A stretch of 64,000 bases of DNA from Candidatus Latescibacterota bacterium (GTDB lineage: Bacteria; Latescibacterota; UBA2968; UBA8231): positions 3,488,001 to 3,552,000 of the forward strand of contig CBDFJF010000002.1 in NCBI GenBank assembly GCA_965248265.1, read 5' to 3'. Position numbers and translations under genes: made by a program. The notes under the pieces were generated by a model. The model was not told where the DNA came from. It worked only from the letters and a program-made list of their open reading frames with translations, and did no database searches. Shown here piece after piece: positions 59,525 to 64,000 of this stretch. Every line of letters begins with the position of its first letter. The first letter of the stretch is position 1.

Positions 59525-60004
59525 TCACCCCACCTCTTTCAAAGCGCGTTGAATCGCTCGATCGGCATCTCTTCGTGCGATATCCTGGCGTTTATCGTAC
59601 TCGCGTTTTCCACGAACCACGGCAAGCTCGACCTTGGCAAATCCGCGAACGTTGAAGTAAACCCGCAAGGGGACGACGGTCAGTCCCTTTTGCTGGGTCT
59701 GCTCAGTTAGTTTGCTGATCTCCCTGCGATGCAAGAGCAGCTTCTTCGGCCTGTCTGGATCATGATTGAAATGAGTCGCCGCGAGATATGGACTGATATG
59801 TACGTTGTGAAGGTAGAGTTCGACGCCGTCAACGCGAGCGTAACTATCCCGAAGATTGAGCTTGGCCGTGCGTAGCGACTTTACTTCGGTTCCGCTCAGG
59901 ACAAGCCCCGCTTCGTAGGTATCAAGCACCTCGTAGTCATGCCTGGCTTTGCGATTTTGCGCGACAACCTTGATCCCAGGGTTGGAATCGCTCGATTTTG
60001 ACAT
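59525..60004 (-). CDS. smpB: SsrA-binding protein
   Basis: NRKARHDY, GTEVKSLR, KLLLHRREI and YDKR. Confidence 0.98.
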   Translation of the reverse strand: MSKSSDSNPGIKVVAQNRKARHDYEVLDTYEAGLVLSGTEVKSLRTAKLNLRDSYARVDGVELYLHNVHISPYLAATHFNHDPDRPKKLLLHRREISKLTEQTQQKGLTVVPLRVYFNVRGFAKVELAVVRGKREYDKRQDIARRDADRAIQRALKEVG

Positions 60005-60073
60005 CCTTCCTTACCTTTTTGCAACCCATCATCACCTTGACTGTGACGGGCTCTCCCTTAATTTAGCAAGCGT

Positions 60074-60107
60074 GCCGAAGTGGCGAAATTGCCGAAGTGG
60101 CGAAATT
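60074..60107 (+). repeat. Perfect 17-bp tandem duplication of the tRNA 5' end
   Basis: GCCGAAGTGGCGAAATT at 60074-60090 and 60091-60107. Confidence 0.92.
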
Positions 60108-60178
60108 GGTAGACGCGCTACGTTCAGGGCGTAGTGGGGTTAATCCCCGTGTGGGTTCGAGTCCCTCCTTCGGCACCA
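60091..60178 (+). tRNA. tRNA-Leu(CAG)
   Basis: GCCGAAG/CTTCGGC acceptor stem, CTACG-TTCAGGG-CGTAG anticodon arm, long variable arm, GTTCGAGTCC and encoded CCA. Confidence 0.97.
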
Positions 60179-60207
60179 TTCTATAACTTGCACTGGCAGA
60201 ATAAATT

Positions 60208-60240
60208 AGCCGGGCCATCTGTTCGATGGCCCGGCTTTTT
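60208..60240 (+). terminator. Intrinsic terminator after the tRNA
   Basis: AGCCGGGCCATC-TGTTC-GATGGCCCGGCT-TTTT. Confidence 0.9.
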
Positions 60241-60306
60241 AATGTAGGTCTGAACGGCCCTGGCGTCCAAGAGTACGGACACCCAGGGCCGTCTTCGCGC
60301 AACCAG

Positions 60307-62373
60307 CTATTCGTCGGGATGCTCGCCGTTACCATCCTGGTGCTGGCGGTCTTCCCAGAAGCGCTCCATTTCCTCCTCCATGGCCCGGATCTCGTCTTCC
60401 AGCTGTTCCAGCTGAGCTTGGAAACGGCGTTCGATGGAGCGGCGTGCCCGATCGGAGGCAGGGCCGTGAGGTACGCCCATGTCGTCTATCGCGCGAAAAG
60501 CCTCATGCATCTGTTCCTCCAGGCGCATGCGGCGCTCCTCCAACTCCTGTCTGCGTGCCATGTGGGCTTTCTCAAACTGGTAGCCCTCCTCGTCGAAATG
60601 CTCTCCGTCTTCTGCACGTCGACGCTCCTGCTCGTCCTCCCACTCGTTCATGTGGCCTTCCATCTCTGAGCGCTGACGGTTGGCCCAATACCGCTGCATC
60701 TCGTCATCCAGAGCCCGGAACTCCGCTTCCAGTTCCTCCATCTGCTCCTCATGCCGACGCTCAATCGAGCGCTGCTCCACATCGTACATCGGCCCTGGCA
60801 GGTCTTTCTCATTCAGCGCCTTGAACGCCTCGTGCAACTGCTCCTCCAGACGCATGCGACGTTCATCCAGCTGTTGCCGGCGTGCCATCTGGGCTCTCTC
60901 GAACTCGTAGGCTTCCTCGTCGAAATGCTCACCCTCTTCTTGACGACGGCGATCCTGCTCCTGCTCTCATTCATTATGGTGCCGTTCTTGCTCCGAGCGC
61001 TGCCTGTTGGTCCAGTATTCGTGGGTCTCGTCATCCAGAGCCCGATACTCAGCCTTTAATGCTTCCATCTGTGTTTCGTGCCGGCGCTCGATTGCCTCAC
61101 GCTCGCGATCGTGCTGCGGGCCCGGGATGTCCCTGTCGTCCAGGGCTCGAAAGGCCTCGTGAATCTCCTCCTCGAGGCGCATGCGGCGCTCATCCAGCTG
61201 CTGCCGGCGTGCCATCTGTGCCTTTTCGAACTCATAGGCCTGCTCGTCGAAGTGCTCCCCCTCTTCCTCGCGCCGCCGTTGTTGATCGGCCTCCCATTCT
61301 TGCTGGTGACGCTCCTGCTCCATACGCTGCCGGTTGGCCCAATACTGCTGCATCTCATCATCCAAGGCCCGGAACTGGGCCTGCAGCTCGTCCATCTGAG
61401 CTTCGTGCCGGCGCTCGATCTCCGTGCGCTCGGCGTCAAATTCATCTCCTAAAAGCCTCTGTTCTGCCAGCTCCTTGAACGCTTCGTTCAGCTGCTCTTC
61501 AAACTGAATCCGGCGCCCCTCCAACTCCTGCCGACGGGCCATCTGAGCCCTCTCGAACTCGTGGGCTTCTTCGTCGAAATACTCACCCTCGTCCTCGCGA
61601 CGGCGCTCCTGCTCAGCGTCCCACTCCTGCGCCTGACGATCCATATCGGAGCGCTGCCTGTCAGTCCAATAATGCTGATTGGCTTCATCGAGCTCGCGGA
61701 ACTGTGCCTCCAGTTCGTCACGCTGTTCGCGCTCACGACGTTGCAGCTCCTCCCGTTCCTGCTCATATCGCTCGTCGAGGGCGCGATAGGCCTCATGGAT
61801 CTCCTCATCCAGCGCTGTCCGGCGCTCCTCCAGTTCACGACGGCGCTCCATTTGACCCTTCTCGAACTCATAGGCCTGTTCGTCAAAATGCTCACCTTCT
61901 TCCTGACGGCGACGTTCCTGCTCCTCCTCCCACTCACGCATGTGGCGTTCCGTCTCTGTGCGCTGACGGTTGAGCCAATACTGGTGAGCCTCTTCATCCA
62001 GAGCGTGAAGGGCTGCCTCTATCTCCTCCATTTGCAGATGGTGTTGGCGCTCGATGGCCTGGCTCTCCTGGTCATATATCATGCCAGGGAGCCCTCTCCG
62101 ATCCAAAGCCCGAAAGGCTTCGTGGATCTGATCTTCAAGGAGTACTCGCCGTTCTTCCAGTTCCTGACGCCGAGCCATCTGTGATTTCTCAAATTCGTAG
62201 GCCGCCTCGTCGAAATGCTCTCCTTCCTCTGCACGTCGCCTGTCCTGGTCGCTTTCCCACTCCTGTCTCTCACGGTCTCTGTCCATCGATTGGGCGGACA
62301 GATCCGTCGGCACGGTCATCTGTGTCAGGCTCAGACCGAGCAAGGTTAGCAGTAGTTTCATTCTATAGGTCAT
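60307..62373 (-). CDS. Exported E/R-rich helical repeat protein (six ~109-aa repeats) with an in-frame TGA at 60967-60969 (readthrough, pseudogene or sequence error)
   Basis: AAGGAG RBS and signal peptide. ORFs 60967..62457 and 60307..60888 share a frame and the repeat continues across the stop. Confidence 0.85.
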
Positions 62374-62811
62374 TTCCGGTCTCCTTTGACGCATTTGGAA
62401 GTACATACCCTCGACGCTAACAGCGGAAGCTGCGCAATATCCATGTGAACGAGGCAACTGGCGCGAGACCTAAGTAATGATTCTGTGCCGGGAATGACAA
62501 TGATTTTCATCACAAAAATATGCAAAAAGCGCATTCTCTGCGGTTTTTTCGACCTGGGAATCATTGGCCGGTGACCAGCTCTCGGAGAATAACGTCTATT
62601 TGTAGACAGAACAGCACTCTTTCTTGAACTTTATGCAACAACTTTTAAGTGACTTAAAAACCGGGACTTACATCTTTTTTTTGAGTGCCATATATTGGTT
62701 CATTACCTTTTCTCGAGCTTTGCCTCAAGTTGAGGAGCATGAAGCCGATAACATTAGATATGAAATAGTATTAACTCTTCACATGTCATAAAGACAAGGA
62801 GGTCTTTATCC

Positions 62812-63066
62812 ATGGCAGGGAGAAAAACGAAGCTGGTTGGCATCGAGGAAGCTGCCAAGCTATTCGGTAAATCCATCCACCAGATGCGCGAGTACAAGTC
62901 AAAAGGACTACTCAAGGTAGCAGATTGTCACGGCAATAAGGATCTATATGACATGGCTGAAGTGATCCTGCTCAAACATCTGATCCACGAAATGCGTGTG
63001 CAGGAGGGGCTTTCGCTCTCGCAGATATCACGTCGACTCGACCAAATGATGGGACGGGCGGCATAG
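62812..63066 (+). CDS. Small MerR-like HTH protein
   Basis: IEEAAKLFGKSIHQMREYKSKGLL and GLSLSQI; AAGGAGG RBS. Confidence 0.85.
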   Translation: MAGRKTKLVGIEEAAKLFGKSIHQMREYKSKGLLKVADCHGNKDLYDMAEVILLKHLIHEMRVQEGLSLSQISRRLDQMMGRAA

Positions 63067-63202
63067 GGACGATTTCAGCACCCGCCACACTCGCCAGTCA
63101 GCTCTGGAGTGGCGAGAACGCTGTTGAAGGAAAACTGGGCCTGCCTCTCTTTGAGGCGGGCCCTGCTTGGTGTGGTTCAAGCGGATCTTGGCTTGAATGC
63201 TG

Positions 63203-64000
63203 TCAAGATCTGCGTGGTGGCGGTCCGGCTCCGGGAGGCGTTACCGAGCGGTCGCAGGTCTCGTTCACGATACCCATCAACTCGTCGAACAGCTCCCCCA
63301 CCCAGCTTGGAAGCTGACCTACGCGGTCCGAATGCAATGCGGCAGCGAACTGGCGTCTGGCCCGGTTGAGTTCCCCGGCTCCCGGCGGCCCTCCAAGCCC
63401 GAGAAGCTGAGCTGCAGCCAGATTCCTGAGTGGGGTAAGATCGATTCTCAACGGGGTAGCACTCCCGGCCCCACGGCGGGCTTCGGCCGCGGCCGCCCGG
63501 TGTGCCATTTCCCGTAGGCGCTCGTCCAACTTTACGTACTCGGACCGAAGTCGCTGCAGCTCGTTGATCGAATCCCTGCTTTCGCGTTCGACCTTGATTC
63601 GCCTGCTGCGCTCCTGCCTGAGTTTCTCGCCGTTTTCTCGCTCCTCTCGCAGCTGCCGGCGCATCTGCTTCGACTCAGATTCGAAGCTCTTCGCTCGTTG
63701 ATGAGCCCGCGTCGCGCGGTCTTCGGCGACCTCCAGTTCTTCACCTAGGGTCTTGAGGCTCTCCTCCTGACGCCGGGCAACATCCCTCAACCTTTCCAAC
63801 TCCGCTGACGAAGGTGTCCCCTCATCAATAGGATCAATTCCGTCGAGTGCCTGTAGAAATCGATCGAGAAGGTGCTCTCCGCTGCTGATCTCACCATCCG
63901 TGGGAGCCATCAGTGAGCAATCGCGCAACCAGGACCACGTGTTCTTGTATCGCTCGCGCATGATATTCAGCAACGCGGAGCGGCGTGCTGGAGGAGTGCC
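63203..64000 (-). CDS. Coiled-coil protein with a C-terminal degenerate J-domain (5' end probably outside the window)
   Basis: LLGL...ELNRARRQFAAALHSDR; the frame is open to base 64000. Confidence 0.7.
   Translation of the reverse strand, partial: GTPPARRSALLNIMRERYKNTWSWLRDCSLMAPTDGEISSGEHLLDRFLQALDGIDPIDEGTPSSAELERLRDVARRQEESLKTLGEELEVAEDRATRAHQRAKSFESESKQMRRQLREERENGEKLRQERSRRIKVERESRDSINELQRLRSEYVKLDERLREMAHRAAAAEARRGAGSATPLRIDLTPLRNLAAAQLLGLGGPPGAGELNRARRQFAAALHSDRVGQLPSWVGELFDELMGIVNETCDRSVTPPGAGPPPRRS

Noticed and set aside
58682-60240. IS21 element or tRNA-integrated island
   Set aside because: No transposase, integrase, terminal repeats or 3' tRNA duplicate; the neighbours are core genes.
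60967-60969. Genome-wide UGA recoding (code 4/25) or selenocysteine
   Set aside because: TGA ends full-length apt, valS, rsgA and trxA; the aligned residue is Trp, not Cys.
60307-62373. CRISPR array or non-coding satellite
   Set aside because: The repeats are codon-phased, diverge largely at synonymous sites, and have no spacers or cas genes.

Overview
A densely coding, GC-rich bacterial chromosome segment, mostly on the minus strand and dominated by housekeeping genes (hprK, rsgA, two prs, apt, hemB, metB-like, thrC, ychF, rqcH, valS, murQ, gmd, gcvP/T, coaE, hflKC, clpP/X, epmA, trxA, holA, a sigma-70 factor, rph, smpB, tRNA-Leu). I see no prophage, IS element, integrase or CRISPR array. 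A diderm FCB-type lineage (Latescibacterota/Gemmatimonadota-like) is only a guess. Top leads: (1) an exported protein of six ~109-aa charged helical repeats, interrupted by one in-frame TGA exactly at the repeat's conserved Trp; (2) two PRPP-synthetase paralogues with complementary active-site losses, suggesting a heteromer with a pseudo-enzyme subunit; (3) a very acidic protein with several FliM-N/CheZ-C-like 'SQDEIDALF' motifs, in a window with orphan FliN, an atypical receiver, a PilZ protein and GGDEF proteins; (4) a PRMT5-like methyltransferase behind plant-type thrC/CGS genes; (5) a plus-strand rod-shaped, 6S-like RNA candidate; (6) unusual architectures (heme-motif beta-barrel, flippase-TPR-parvulin fusion, AI-2E transporter with an apparently permuted ASH insert) and two small ORFs missing from the ORF track. 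All calls come from reading motifs by eye; no searches or folding programs were run.
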